Below are positions 12,280 through 21,934 of a DNA stretch of 64,000 bases, piece by piece (the stretch's first letter is position 1; each line of letters opens with the position of its first letter). This stretch comes from an uncultured Actinomycetota bacterium (lineage in GTDB: Bacteria > Actinomycetota > Actinomycetes > Mycobacteriales > Mycobacteriaceae). The position numbers and the translations under genes were made by a program. Under the pieces are notes generated by a model. It searched no databases. It worked only from the letters and a program-made list of their open reading frames with translations, and was not told where the DNA came from. The stretch is from positions 8,338 to 72,337 of the forward strand of contig CAVOUV010000016.1 of the NCBI GenBank assembly GCA_963699655.1, given 5' to 3'.

Positions 12280-13416
12280 TCATTTCCGTGGCAGCCCGAG
12301 TAGCCGCTCGGCGATGATGTTGCGCTGAATCTCATTGGTGCCGGCGTAGATCGGGCCACCGAGAGCGAACAACAGCCCGTCCGTCCAATTGTCCGCGAGC
12401 TCGCCGTCGGCGCCCTGGAGATCGAGCGCGGTCTGATGCAGGGCGACGTCGAGGTCGGACCAGAACACCTTGGTCACCGACGATTCGGCGCCGAGTTCAC
12501 CGCCGCCGGCCACCCGCGTGACCGTGCCGAACGTGTGCAGGCGGTAGGCCTGTGCCTTGATCCACGCATCGGCCACCCGATCCGTGAAAGCTGCCCGAAC
12601 CTCATTGTCGGCCAGTGCTTTCCATTCCGCGACCAGGCGATCCGCCGGCGCAAGAAAGCGCGCGGGGCTGCGCAGCGACATGCCACGCTCGTTGCTCGAC
12701 GTGCTCATCGCCGCCCGCCAGCCGTCGTGCACCTCCCCGATCACGTCGTTGTCGGGCACGAACACATCGTCCAGGAAGATCTCGCCGAATCCGGTGTCGC
12801 CGCCGAGCTGGGCGATCGGCCGCACGGTCACACCGTCGGCCCGCAGGTCGAACATGAAGTAGGTGAGCCCGCGGTGGCGTTCGGCCTCGGGGTCGGACCG
12901 GAACAGCCCGAAGGCCCTGTCGCCGAACGGGGCCCGTGAGCTCCAGATCTTCTGACCGTTGAGCAGCCAGCCGCCGTCGGTCTTCGTCGCCGTGGATCGC
13001 AGGGAAGCCAGGTCACTGCCGGACTCGGGTTCCGACCACGCCTGCGCCCAGATCTCCTCGCCGCCGGCCATCTTGGGCAGCACCCGGTCCAGCTGTTCGG
13101 AGGTGCCGTGCGCGAACAGCGTCGGAGCGAGCATCGACGTGCCGTTGGCGCTGGCGCGTCCTGGTGCGCCGGCACGAAAGTACTCCTCCTCGTAGACCAC
13201 CCACTGAAGGAGCGTGGCGTCGCGTCCGCCGTACTTTTCGGGCCAGGTGACGACGGACAGGCCGGCGTCGAAAAGCACCTTGTCCCAGCGGCGGTGTTGC
13301 TCGAAGCCTTCGGCGGTGTCGTAGGACTTCGTCGGGAACGAGTCCTTGTTGGATGCCAGGAACTCGCGTACCTCGGTCTGAAACTGGCGGGTGGCGTCGT
13401 CGAAGGTCAGGTCCAT
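12280..13416 (-). CDS. fadE31: Acyl-CoA dehydrogenase FadE31
   Basis: WAQAWSEPESGSDLA, NGQKIWSS, IYAGTNEIQRNIIAER; synteny. Confidence 0.9.
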   Translation of the reverse strand: MDLTFDDATRQFQTEVREFLASNKDSFPTKSYDTAEGFEQHRRWDKVLFDAGLSVVTWPEKYGGRDATLLQWVVYEEEYFRAGAPGRASANGTSMLAPTLFAHGTSEQLDRVLPKMAGGEEIWAQAWSEPESGSDLASLRSTATKTDGGWLLNGQKIWSSRAPFGDRAFGLFRSDPEAERHRGLTYFMFDLRADGVTVRPIAQLGGDTGFGEIFLDDVFVPDNDVIGEVHDGWRAAMSTSSNERGMSLRSPARFLAPADRLVAEWKALADNEVRAAFTDRVADAWIKAQAYRLHTFGTVTRVAGGGELGAESSVTKVFWSDLDVALHQTALDLQGADGELADNWTDGLLFALGGPIYAGTNEIQRNIIAERLLGLPRK

Positions 13417-14981
13417 CAGGAAGTCCGGATCCTTTCGCGCAGCAGCGGCTTGACCACCTTGCCGCCGGGGTTGCGGGGCAGCGCGTCGAGGAACTCCACC
13501 GACCGCGGCGTCTTGAAGTTCGCCAAATGCTCACGTATGTAGGCGATCACGGCGGCCTCATTCAGCTCCGCGCCGGCCTTCGCGACGACGAACGCCTTGC
13601 CGACCTCGCCGAGGCGCTCATCGGGCACACCGATGACCGCCGAGTCCGCCACTCCGTCCAGCCGGGCCAGCACCTGCTCGATCTCGGCGGGGTAGACGTT
13701 GAACCCGCCGCAGATGTACATGTCCTTGAGCCGGTCGGTGATCGTCAGGTTGCCCGCGGCGTCGACGGTGCCGACGTCGCCGGTGTGCAGCCAGCCGTCG
13801 GCATCGATCGCCGCGGCCGTGGCGTCGGGGTCGTCGAGGTAGCCGAGCATGACATTGGGTCCTCGCAACAGCACCTCGTCGTGGTCACCGATGCGAAGCT
13901 CGAAATCGGCGATGGGGCGCCCGCACGTGGTGGCGACCGTGACCGCGTCGTCGTCGGCACGGCACATCGTGCCGAAGCCGCAGGCCTCGGTCAGCCCATA
14001 CGCGGTCAGCACGATGTCGATGTCGAGTTCGGCCTGCATCCGCTCGATCAGTACCACCGGAACCACCGCGGCGCCCGTCACCGCGAACCGCAGCGACGTC
14101 AGGTCGTAGTCAGGTCGTTTGGGCTGATCGAGCAGGGTCTGGTAGATCGTCGGCGGCCCGGGCAGCACCGTGATCCGGTGCTCCTGCACCGCGCGCATGG
14201 CGGCCTCCGGGTCGAACGTCAGCTGCGGGATCAACGTTGCTCCGGTCTGCAGGCACGCCAGGATGCCGGCCTTGTAGCCGAAGTTGTGGAAGAAAGGGTT
14301 GATGCACAGGTACCGGTCGGCGCTGGTGACCTGCCCGCAATCCGCCCACGCGGCCGGTGCGTCCAGCGATTGCCGGTGTGCGCAGAGCGCACCCTTGCTG
14401 CGGCCGGTGGTGCCGGAGGTGAACAGGATGTCGGAGACGTCGTCGGGCTCGACCGCGGCCGCGCGCGCGTCCGCGGCCGCGAGGTCGGTTCCGCGCGCGA
14501 TGAACTCGTCCCAGGAGCCGTCGGCCTTGTCGATCGTTATGTCGATCGGTACTCGGATGATGTGCCTCAACGCGGGAAGCGAGCTCCGGGCGAGTTCGGC
14601 GGCCTTGTCGGCGCCGAGGAACGATCCGGATGCGAATGCCAGCGGTGCGCCCGTGCGCGCCAGGATGTCGGCGGCCTCGCTGACCGTGTACCGGGTGTTC
14701 AGCGGTACGAGCACGCCGCCGGCGTAGTGGGTGGCCAGGCACGCGACCACCCAGTGCCAGGTGTTGGGCGACCAGATCGCGACCCGGTCCCCGGGTTCGA
14801 CACCGAGGTCGATCATCGCGGCGGCGGCTTTCCGGACCTCGTCCCGCAATTGGCCGAACGTGAAGCGCCTGTCCGCCGTGATGAGGGCATCGTGGTCGGA
14901 AAAGCGGTCGGCAACCCCGTCCAGGACCTGCGGAATGGTCCTCGGCCGGTCCCCCGCAAGCGGGCGGTGCCCCCAGGTCAT
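13416..14981 (-). CDS. fadD3: HIP-CoA ligase FadD3
   Basis: AMP-binding FTSGTTGRSKG, AYGLTEA, WLHTGD; divergent from fadE30 across a KstR2 box. Confidence 0.92.
   Translation of the reverse strand: MTWGHRPLAGDRPRTIPQVLDGVADRFSDHDALITADRRFTFGQLRDEVRKAAAAMIDLGVEPGDRVAIWSPNTWHWVVACLATHYAGGVLVPLNTRYTVSEAADILARTGAPLAFASGSFLGADKAAELARSSLPALRHIIRVPIDITIDKADGSWDEFIARGTDLAAADARAAAVEPDDVSDILFTSGTTGRSKGALCAHRQSLDAPAAWADCGQVTSADRYLCINPFFHNFGYKAGILACLQTGATLIPQLTFDPEAAMRAVQEHRITVLPGPPTIYQTLLDQPKRPDYDLTSLRFAVTGAAVVPVVLIERMQAELDIDIVLTAYGLTEACGFGTMCRADDDAVTVATTCGRPIADFELRIGDHDEVLLRGPNVMLGYLDDPDATAAAIDADGWLHTGDVGTVDAAGNLTITDRLKDMYICGGFNVYPAEIEQVLARLDGVADSAVIGVPDERLGEVGKAFVVAKAGAELNEAAVIAYIREHLANFKTPRSVEFLDALPRNPGGKVVKPLLRERIRTS
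14950..14981 (-). repeat. MIRU-like repeat remnant at the fadD3 5' end
   Basis: Minus strand ATGACCTGGGGGCACCGCCCGCTTGCGGGGGA resembles the GGGGGTACC-CCCGCTTGCGGGGGA segment of mycobacterial interspersed repeats (from memory). Confidence 0.45.
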
Positions 14982-14998
14982 CGATGCTCCTCTAACAA

Positions 14999-15012
14999 AG
15001 CAAGTGCTTGGT
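14999..15012. promoter_or_regulatory. KstR2 operator
   Basis: AGCAAGTGCTTGGT matches AnCAAGnnCTTGnT between divergent fadD3 and fadE30. Confidence 0.92.
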
Positions 15013-15028
15013 AGGTTAGCCTACAGGG

Positions 15029-16222
15029 GTGATAGAGGTCCAGAGGTTCAGGGCCGAGGTCCGGCAGTGGCTGGCCGACAATCTCGTCGGCGAATTCGCC
15101 GCGCTCAAGGGGCTCGGCGGACCGGGGCGCGAGGACGAGGCGTTCGAGGAACGGCGGGCGTGGAACCGGCATCTGGCCGCGGCGGGACTGACGTGCCTTG
15201 GCTGGCCGGAGGAACACGGCGGCCGCGGCCTGTCGGTGGCGCATCGGGTTGCGTTCTACGAGGAGTACGCGAAGGCCGACGCCCCCGACAAGGTCAACCA
15301 CTTCGGCGAGGAACTGCTCGGGCCGACACTGATCGCCTACGGCACGCCCGAACAGCAGCAGCGCTTCCTGCCCAACATCCTGGATGTCACCGAGCTGTGG
15401 TGCCAGGGGTACTCGGAGCCGGGCGCGGGTAGCGATCTTGCCAATGTCTCCACGACGGCCGAACGGGACGCCGATCAGTGGGTGATCAACGGGCAGAAGG
15501 TGTGGACGTCGATGGCGCACCTGTCGCAGTGGTGTTTCGTGGTCGCCCGCACCGAGAAGGGTTCCAAACGCCACGCCGGGCTGTCCTATCTGCTGGTGCC
15601 GCTCGATCAGCCGGGCGTCGAGATTCGTCCGATCGTGCAGCTCACCGGCACCGCGGACTTCAACGAGGTGTTCTTCGATAACGCGCGCACAGACGCAGAC
15701 CTGGTGGTCGGCGAGCCCGGTGACGGATGGCGGGTCGCGATGGGGACGCTGACGTTCGAGCGTGGAGTTTCCACTCTGGGCCAGCAGATCCGTTATGCAC
15801 GTGAACTTTCCAATCTGGTTGAGCTGGCCAAGCGAACCGGCGCCGCCGACGATCCGCTGATCCGCGAACGGTTGACGCGGTCCTGGGCGGGGCTGCAGAC
15901 CATGCGGTCCTATGCGTTGGCGACCATGGACCTTGGGCAGGACCGGAGCCGCCCCGGCGGCGACGTCGGACCGGGTCGGGCCGCCGGCGAAGATAATGTG
16001 TCGAAGTTGTTGTGGGCCAACTGGCATCGCAATCTCGGTGAGTTAGCGATGGACGTCGCAGGGAAGACCGGGCTGGTGGCCGAGGCCGGCAAGCTCGACG
16101 AGTGGCAGCACCTGTACTTGTTCACCCGCGCCGACACCATCTACGGCGGCTCCAATGAGATTCAGCGGAACATCATCGCCGAGCGGGTGCTCGGCCTACC
16201 TCGTGAGGTGAAGGGTTCATGA
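15029..16222 (+). CDS. fadE30: Acyl-CoA dehydrogenase FadE30/IpdE1
   Basis: WCQGYSEPGAGSDLA, IYGGSNEIQRNIIAER; TAGCCT 6 nt before GTG suggests a leaderless transcript. Confidence 0.92.
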   Translation: MIEVQRFRAEVRQWLADNLVGEFAALKGLGGPGREDEAFEERRAWNRHLAAAGLTCLGWPEEHGGRGLSVAHRVAFYEEYAKADAPDKVNHFGEELLGPTLIAYGTPEQQQRFLPNILDVTELWCQGYSEPGAGSDLANVSTTAERDADQWVINGQKVWTSMAHLSQWCFVVARTEKGSKRHAGLSYLLVPLDQPGVEIRPIVQLTGTADFNEVFFDNARTDADLVVGEPGDGWRVAMGTLTFERGVSTLGQQIRYARELSNLVELAKRTGAADDPLIRERLTRSWAGLQTMRSYALATMDLGQDRSRPGGDVGPGRAAGEDNVSKLLWANWHRNLGELAMDVAGKTGLVAEAGKLDEWQHLYLFTRADTIYGGSNEIQRNIIAERVLGLPREVKGS

Positions 16223-16247
16223 GTCTGCTGCGCACGCGAGGAGCAAG

Positions 16248-17036
16248 ATGAGCCTTTCCGTCGCCCCGAAAGAGATCGACGGCCACGGGCTGCTGACCGG
16301 CAAGGTCGTGGTGGTGACGGCGGCGGCGGGAACGGGCATCGGATCGGCCGTCGCGCGGCGGGCGCTGGCCGAGGGCGCCGATGTGGTTGTCTCCGATCAT
16401 CACGAGCGTCGTCTCGGCGAAACACGGGACCAGTTGGCCGAATTGGGCCTCGGCCGGGTCGAGAGCGTGGTCTGTGATGTGACCTCCACCGCGCAGGTCG
16501 ATGCGCTGATCGCCTCGACCACCGCGCGCATGGGCCGGTTGGACGTGATGATCAACAACGCCGGGCTCGGCGGCCAGACCCCGGTGGTGGACATGGCCGA
16601 CGACGAATGGGACCGCGTGCTCAACGTAACCCTGACGTCGGTCATGCGCTCCACCCGCGCGGCCCTGCGGTACTTCCGCGACGCCGACCACGGCGGCGTC
16701 ATCGTCAACAATGCCAGCGTGTTGGGGTGGCGGGCGCAGCACTCGCAATCGCATTATGCCGCGGCCAAAGCCGGCGTGATGGCGCTGACCCGTTGCAGCG
16801 CAATCGAAGCCGTCGAGTACGGCGTCCGTATCAATGCAGTATCACCGAGCATCGCCCGACACAAATTCCTGGAGAAGACCAGCAGTTCGGAGCTGCTGGA
16901 CCGGCTGTCCGAGGGCGAGGCCTTCGGTCGCGCGGCGGAACCGTGGGAGGTGGCCGCGACTATCGCGTTCCTGGCCAGCGATTATTCCAGTTACCTGACC
17001 GGAGAAGTGATCTCGGTGTCGAGTCAGCGCGCGTGA
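16248..17036 (+). CDS. ipdF: Short-chain dehydrogenase IpdF (Rv3559c ortholog)
   Basis: TAAAGTGIG, NNAG, YAAAK; synteny. Confidence 0.88.
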   Translation: MSLSVAPKEIDGHGLLTGKVVVVTAAAGTGIGSAVARRALAEGADVVVSDHHERRLGETRDQLAELGLGRVESVVCDVTSTAQVDALIASTTARMGRLDVMINNAGLGGQTPVVDMADDEWDRVLNVTLTSVMRSTRAALRYFRDADHGGVIVNNASVLGWRAQHSQSHYAAAKAGVMALTRCSAIEAVEYGVRINAVSPSIARHKFLEKTSSSELLDRLSEGEAFGRAAEPWEVAATIAFLASDYSSYLTGEVISVSSQRA

Positions 17037-17639
17037 ACACTACCGCGGCCGGCCAGCCGGCGAGCAGGCGCGACGAGCTTCTGGAGCTCGCCGCGGTGAT
17101 GTTCGCGGAGCGCGGTTTACGGGCGACGACGGTACGCGATATCGCCGATTCCGCCGGAATCTTGTCGGGTAGCCTGTACCACCACTTCTCCTCGAAGGAG
17201 GAGATGGTCGACGAACTGTTGCGCGGCTTCCTCGACTGGCTGTTCGAGCGCTACCAACAGATCGTGGCAACCGAACCCAATCCACTCGAACGGCTCAAGG
17301 GCTTGTTCATGGCGTCGTTCGAAGCGATCGAGGACCGGCACGCGCAGGTCGTCATTTACCAGGACGAGGCCAAGCGGCTGTCGTCGCACGAGCGTTTCTC
17401 CTATGTGGACGAACGCAACAAAGAGCAGCGCAAGATGTGGGTGGATGTGCTCAACCAGGGCATCGAGGAGGGCTACTTCCGGCCTGACATCGATGTGGAT
17501 CTGGTCTACCGGTTCATCCGCGACACCACCTGGGTTTCGGTCCGTTGGTATCAGCCGGGCGGACATCTGACGGCCGAACAGGTCGGCCGACAGTACTTGG
17601 CAATCGTTCTCGGCGGAATCACTAGAAGAGGAAGACTGA
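17033..17639 (+). CDS. kstR2: TetR-family repressor KstR2 (1-nt indel near the C-terminus lets the ORF read on to 17806)
   Basis: RRDELLELAA...TTVRDIADSAGILSGSLYHHF, FIRDTTWVSVRWYQPGG; TGA at 17637-17639 is out of frame by one base. Confidence 0.9.
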
Positions 17640-17640
17640 C

Positions 17641-18798
17641 ATGGCTGTGTCTTCGCAGGCGTACGTCATCGACGCTGTGCGCACTGCCGTCGGCAAGCGC
17701 AACGGCTCGCTGGCCGGCATGCATCCCGTTGACCTCGGGGCGGCGGCGTGGCGCGGACTGTTCGAGCGTGTCGACGTCGATCCCGGCGCGGTCGACGACG
17801 TCATAGCCGGCTGCGTCGACGCCATCGGGCCGCAGGCAGGCAACATCGCCCGGCTGTCATGGCTGGCGGCCGGGTATCCGGAAGAAGTACCCGGCGTCAC
17901 CGTCGACCGGCAGTGTGGTTCCAGCCAGCAGGCCGTTTCGTTTGGCGCACAGGCGATCATGTCCGGTACAGCCGATCTGATCGTGGCCGGTGGCATACAG
18001 AACATGAGCCAGATCCCCATCTCCGCAGCGATGATCGTCGGCGAGCAGTTCGGTTTCACCTCGCCCACCAACGAGTCGAAGAGCTGGCTGCATCGCTACG
18101 GCGATCAGGAGATCTCTCAGTTCCGTGGCGCGGAGTTGATCGCCGAGAAGTGGAACATCTCGCGCGAGGAGATGGAGCAGTACGCGCTGACCAGTCATCA
18201 GCGGGCCCAGGCCGCTATCCGGGCCGGGCATTTCGAGAACGAGATCATCGACGTCGACGGATTCCGAACCGACGAAGGCCCGAGGGACACGTCGCTGGAG
18301 AAGATGGCGACCCTCAAAACCCTCGTCGAGGGCGGCCGGTTGACCGCGGCGATGGCGAGCCAGATCTCCGACGGCGCGAGCGCGGTGCTGCTGGCGTCAG
18401 AAAGCGCAGTGCAGGCGCACAACCTGACACCGCGGGCCCGCATCCACCACATCAGCGCGCGCGGTGCCGATCCGGTCTTCATGCTGACCGGGCCGATCCC
18501 CGCGACGCGGTATGCGCTGGAGAAGACGGGCCTGTCGATCGACGACATCGACACCGTGGAGATCAACGAGGCCTTCGCGCCCGTGGTCGGGGCGTGGCTC
18601 AAGGAGATCAAGGCCGACCCGGACAAGGTGAACCCGAACGGTGGCGCGATCGCCCTCGGTCATCCACTCGGTGCGACCGGGGCGAAGTTGTTCACGACGA
18701 TGCTCAACGAACTCGAGCGGATCGGCGGCCGCTACGGCCTGCAGACGATGTGCGAGGGCGGCGGCACCGCCAACGTCACGATCATCGAGCGCCTCTGA
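17641..18798 (+). CDS. fadA6: Acetyl-CoA acetyltransferase (thiolase) FadA6
   Basis: DRQCGSS, NEAFA, GHPLGATG, MCEGGG; follows kstR2. Confidence 0.92.
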   Translation: MAVSSQAYVIDAVRTAVGKRNGSLAGMHPVDLGAAAWRGLFERVDVDPGAVDDVIAGCVDAIGPQAGNIARLSWLAAGYPEEVPGVTVDRQCGSSQQAVSFGAQAIMSGTADLIVAGGIQNMSQIPISAAMIVGEQFGFTSPTNESKSWLHRYGDQEISQFRGAELIAEKWNISREEMEQYALTSHQRAQAAIRAGHFENEIIDVDGFRTDEGPRDTSLEKMATLKTLVEGGRLTAAMASQISDGASAVLLASESAVQAHNLTPRARIHHISARGADPVFMLTGPIPATRYALEKTGLSIDDIDTVEINEAFAPVVGAWLKEIKADPDKVNPNGGAIALGHPLGATGAKLFTTMLNELERIGGRYGLQTMCEGGGTANVTIIERL

Positions 18799-18818
18799 TA
18801 CCTGCGCCCCATCTTCGG

Positions 18819-18876
18819 CGAGCGTGCGTCGACTTCGGTTTCGCACCGGCGTGTCGCCCACAGACACGCACGCTCG
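18819..18876. repeat. Intergenic palindromic element / probable bidirectional terminator
   Basis: Perfect 11-bp inverted repeats CGAGCGTGCGT (18819-29) and ACGCACGCTCG (18866-76) around a CGGCGTGTC core, between convergent genes; followed by 3x 9-bp AATG(C/T)CAG(G/T) at 18881-18907. Confidence 0.7.
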
Positions 18877-18902
18877 CGGAAATGCCAGGAATGTCAGGAA
18901 TG

Positions 18903-20018
18903 TCAGTGGTCGTGGACGATCACACCGCGGATGTTGCGGCCGGCGAGCATGTCGTCGTAGGCATCGTTGATGTCGTTGAGTTTGTACTCGGTGGTGACCG
19001 TTTCATCGAGCAGTAGCTTGCCTTCGCGGTAGAGGCTGAGCAGCCGGGGGATGTCCGCGCGCGGGTTGGCTTCCCCGTAGAGGCTCCCGAGCAGTCGCTT
19101 CTGAAACAGCGTGAAGAGTGCCATCGGCAGTGTCGGTGTGACATCGGCCATGGAGGCGATCGCCGTCACCACCACCGCGCCGCCTTTGCGGATGATGTTG
19201 AGAGCGTCGTTGATCATGGGGCCCTCCAGCAGGCCGACCGTCAACAGCGCGGAATCCGCCATCACGCCGCGTGTCAGCTCGGCAACCAGTTCGGTGGCTT
19301 CCGGCAACGATGTCGTGAAGTGGGTAGCGCCGAACTCAAAAGCCTTGGCGCGTTTGCTTTCCATGAGATCGACGACGACGATCTTCTCGGCGCCGGCGAG
19401 TCGGGCGCCCTGGACCGCCCCGCTGCCGATACCACCGCATCCGATCACCACCACCGTGTCACCGGGGCTGACATCGGCGGTGTTGACCGCCGAACCCCAG
19501 CCCGTGGTGATCCCGCAGCCCAGCAGACATGCGCGGGACAGTGGCAGGTCGTCGTCCACCTTGACGAGCGACGCCTCGGACAGCGTGCCGTACTGCGAGA
19601 AGCTGCCGATTCCCGCCATGATGCCAACGTCTTTGTCGCGTGCCCGGCGCCGGAAGGTGCCGTCGGCCTGAGTCCCCAGCAAGATCTGGGCACCGAGGTC
19701 GCACAGGTTCTGATGCCCCGTCGCGCACCATCGGCATCGGCCGCAGGCGGGCAGAAACGACGCGACCACATGGTCGCCGACCTCGAGATCGCGCACTCCC
19801 GGGCCGACCTCCTGCACGACGCCGGCGCCCTCGTGCCCGCCGACCATCGGCAGCGCGACGCCGATCATGTCACCGGTCCGGATGTGGTGGTCAGAGTGAC
19901 ATAACCCGGTGGCCTCGAAGGAGACCAGAACCTCGCCGTCCCGAGGTGGGTCGAGGTCGATCTCCTCGACACTCCAGTCTTCGTTCACGCCCCACAGCAC
20001 CGCCGCGTTTGTCTTCAT
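18903..20018 (-). CDS. Zn-dependent alcohol dehydrogenase, NDMA-dependent/nicotinoprotein-like (class III-related)
   Basis: GLCHSDHH, GHEGAG, structural Zn CGRCRWC...C, LGCGITTGWG, GCGGIG; TAACCT 6 nt before ATG. Confidence 0.88.
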   Translation of the reverse strand: MKTNAAVLWGVNEDWSVEEIDLDPPRDGEVLVSFEATGLCHSDHHIRTGDMIGVALPMVGGHEGAGVVQEVGPGVRDLEVGDHVVASFLPACGRCRWCATGHQNLCDLGAQILLGTQADGTFRRRARDKDVGIMAGIGSFSQYGTLSEASLVKVDDDLPLSRACLLGCGITTGWGSAVNTADVSPGDTVVVIGCGGIGSGAVQGARLAGAEKIVVVDLMESKRAKAFEFGATHFTTSLPEATELVAELTRGVMADSALLTVGLLEGPMINDALNIIRKGGAVVVTAIASMADVTPTLPMALFTLFQKRLLGSLYGEANPRADIPRLLSLYREGKLLLDETVTTEYKLNDINDAYDDMLAGRNIRGVIVHDH

Positions 20019-20265
20019 GGACCGAGGTTAAGGAGGCACGTTCGCTGGCGGAGCGAAATCGGCCACTGCGGCCGTCTCCGCCGGCCAAGTGCGCGGCTGC
20101 CGCCGGCGAATCCGGCGAAGTCGCCGTCACCGGCCGCGACGTCAGAATCCCGGTAGCACAACAGGATCGCCTCATTGTTTGCCCCGGACCGGAACGCGTT
20201 GGCGACAAACGGCGGGCGCGATCATCTCTCCCATTGTTCATCCGTCGATCATGGACTGATCTTGA

Positions 20266-20284
20266 TGAGGTTAGCATTACCTAA
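20266..20284. promoter_or_regulatory. IdeR/DtxR-type iron box
   Basis: TGAGGTTAGCATTACCTAA matches TWAGGTWAGSCTWACCTWA at 17/19 positions. Confidence 0.72.
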
Positions 20285-20357
20285 CTCCGGGACCGTCCAG
20301 AGTGCGGTCGCCGTTGATTACGTTCGTTGATTCAGTACCGAACTGAGGGATGTCAGC

Positions 20358-21136
20358 ATGATGAATTTGATGGGCGCCAGCATGACTCGCGCTTACATCG
20401 CTGCGGGGGCGTCGTTGTTCGCGGTGGGTGCCGTGGTCACCAACCCGGGCGCCCAGAGTCTGTTCATCGCCGCAGGGGACATCTCTCTCGGGTTGGCCGT
20501 GCAGGACCCGAGGTTCTTCACCGCTGCGCAGAACACCCTGATGACGAACATTCCGAACACCTCCACGAACTCGCCGAGGATTTCGACAAGGATCTCAACG
20601 CCGCCGCCGCGGCTCTCGGCCTCCCGCCGTTCGATCCGAACGACCCGACGCCCGGTCAAGATCCGGTGGGTGAGGACGCGACTGCCGTCGCCGCGCTGAA
20701 GGCTCCATCGGCGATCACCGCGGTGAAGCCGAAGGTCACCACACCCGCAAAACAGGGTGAGGACACGACCGCCTCCGACACCGACCACCCGGTATCGAAG
20801 CCTCGCAAGGGATCATCGGCGAGCGACTCGGCGGACGACTCGGCCGCGGACACCAAGAAGGACGACTCGCCCTCCACGAATGGATCGACCAAGACGGGAG
20901 CCACCAAGACGGGGGCCACCAAGCCGGGTGGCGCGACCGGTGCGGATGCGACCGCCGCGAAGGGCGCAACTGCAGGTGCGGGCGCGTCCCCCACGTCGTC
21001 GAAGACGGGTGGGACCAAAGCGGGCGGAGCCAAGACCGGCGGAGCCAAGGCTGGAAAGACCGGCGGGCACCCCGGGGGCGGCTCGGGCTCGAAGAGCGGT
21101 CACCACGAAGGCGCCAGCCACCACAGGGGCAAGTAA
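20358..21136 (+). CDS. Exported hypothetical protein with a low-complexity K/T/G/A tail and His-rich C-terminus (one frameshift near 20540-20575)
   Basis: The signal-like N-terminus (RAYIAAGASLFAVGAVV) is in ORF 20358; the continuation ELAEDFDKDL...KTGAT repeats...GHHEGASHHRGK is in the overlapping frame ending at 21136. Confidence 0.6.
20891..21066 (+). repeat. Degenerate 15-bp coding repeats (KTGAT/KTGGA/KAGGA)
   Basis: AAGACGGGAGCCACC AAGACGGGGGCCACC ... AAGACCGGCGGAGCC. Confidence 0.6.
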
Positions 21137-21196
21137 TCTCGGCCGGACGCGGAAGGTTCTGGGCACCCAGGGCCTTCCGCGCCTGCAGTGAATCGC

Positions 21197-21934
21197 CTAC
21201 TGCGCGAGTGCCAGTCCGCCCAGTGCGATGATCCAGCTGGCGAAGCTGCCGACGAGAAAGTACTCCGTCACGTCATCGATGCCGATGGTTCCGTTCTCGC
21301 GGGCCTTCTGGGCGTTGATCTCCGGGAAGCGGATGATGCTCTTGGCGGCGACGACGGCCGTAGCCGCCGCGAGCTGACCGGCGAGGCCGAGGCCGAGGAT
21401 CAGCAGCCGCTCCATCGGGCCGAGCAGCCGCCCGCCCTTGAGCTTGTCCGAGGGCTGCGGTTCGCCCAGCGGCTTGACGGCGCCGACGGAGCCAAGGACC
21501 AACCGCACCAATTGATTTCCCGTGACCAGTTGCAGCAGCACGACACCGACGACCATCAACAGCCGATCGGGACCGACGTTGTCGAGCCCGGGCAGACCGG
21601 ACCAGTACGACCACCGCTGTACCAAGCCTTCGACGTCAGAACCCCAGCCGGACAACAGAATCAGCACACCGAGTGCTGCACCGAATACCGCCAGCGGAGC
21701 CAGTTCATGTTCGCCGGACCGTTCCGCGCGGGTGCACAGCAGCTGCCAGCCGACGCTGGCGGCCGCGGCGACCATCAGCAGCGCGATATCGCCGAGGTGC
21801 CATAGGCCGGCCAGCGCCGCGCTGACGATCACGGTGACGAGTGCCACCGCCGCGGGCAGCCATGCCCGTCCCGTCCGGCGCCGGAAGATGTCGGCGATGC
21901 CCGTCGCGATCAGCATCACGGCGAGCCCGCTCAC
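21197..21934 (-). CDS. Multi-pass membrane protein (DUF3307/SatE-like)
   Basis: About 7-8 hydrophobic segments; GGRLLGPMERLLI...AAKSIIRF...EYFLVGSFAS motif; coupled to the SatD gene. Confidence 0.75.
   Translation of the reverse strand: MSGLAVMLIATGIADIFRRRTGRAWLPAAVALVTVIVSAALAGLWHLGDIALLMVAAAASVGWQLLCTRAERSGEHELAPLAVFGAALGVLILLSGWGSDVEGLVQRWSYWSGLPGLDNVGPDRLLMVVGVVLLQLVTGNQLVRLVLGSVGAVKPLGEPQPSDKLKGGRLLGPMERLLILGLGLAGQLAAATAVVAAKSIIRFPEINAQKARENGTIGIDDVTEYFLVGSFASWIIALGGLALAQ

Noticed and set aside
13353-15014. 553-aa plus-strand ORF
   Set aside because: Antisense shadow of fadD3
20190-20203. KstR-like core AACGCGTT upstream of the ADH
   Set aside because: Lacks the terminal T and A of TnnAACnnGTTnnA; probably chance
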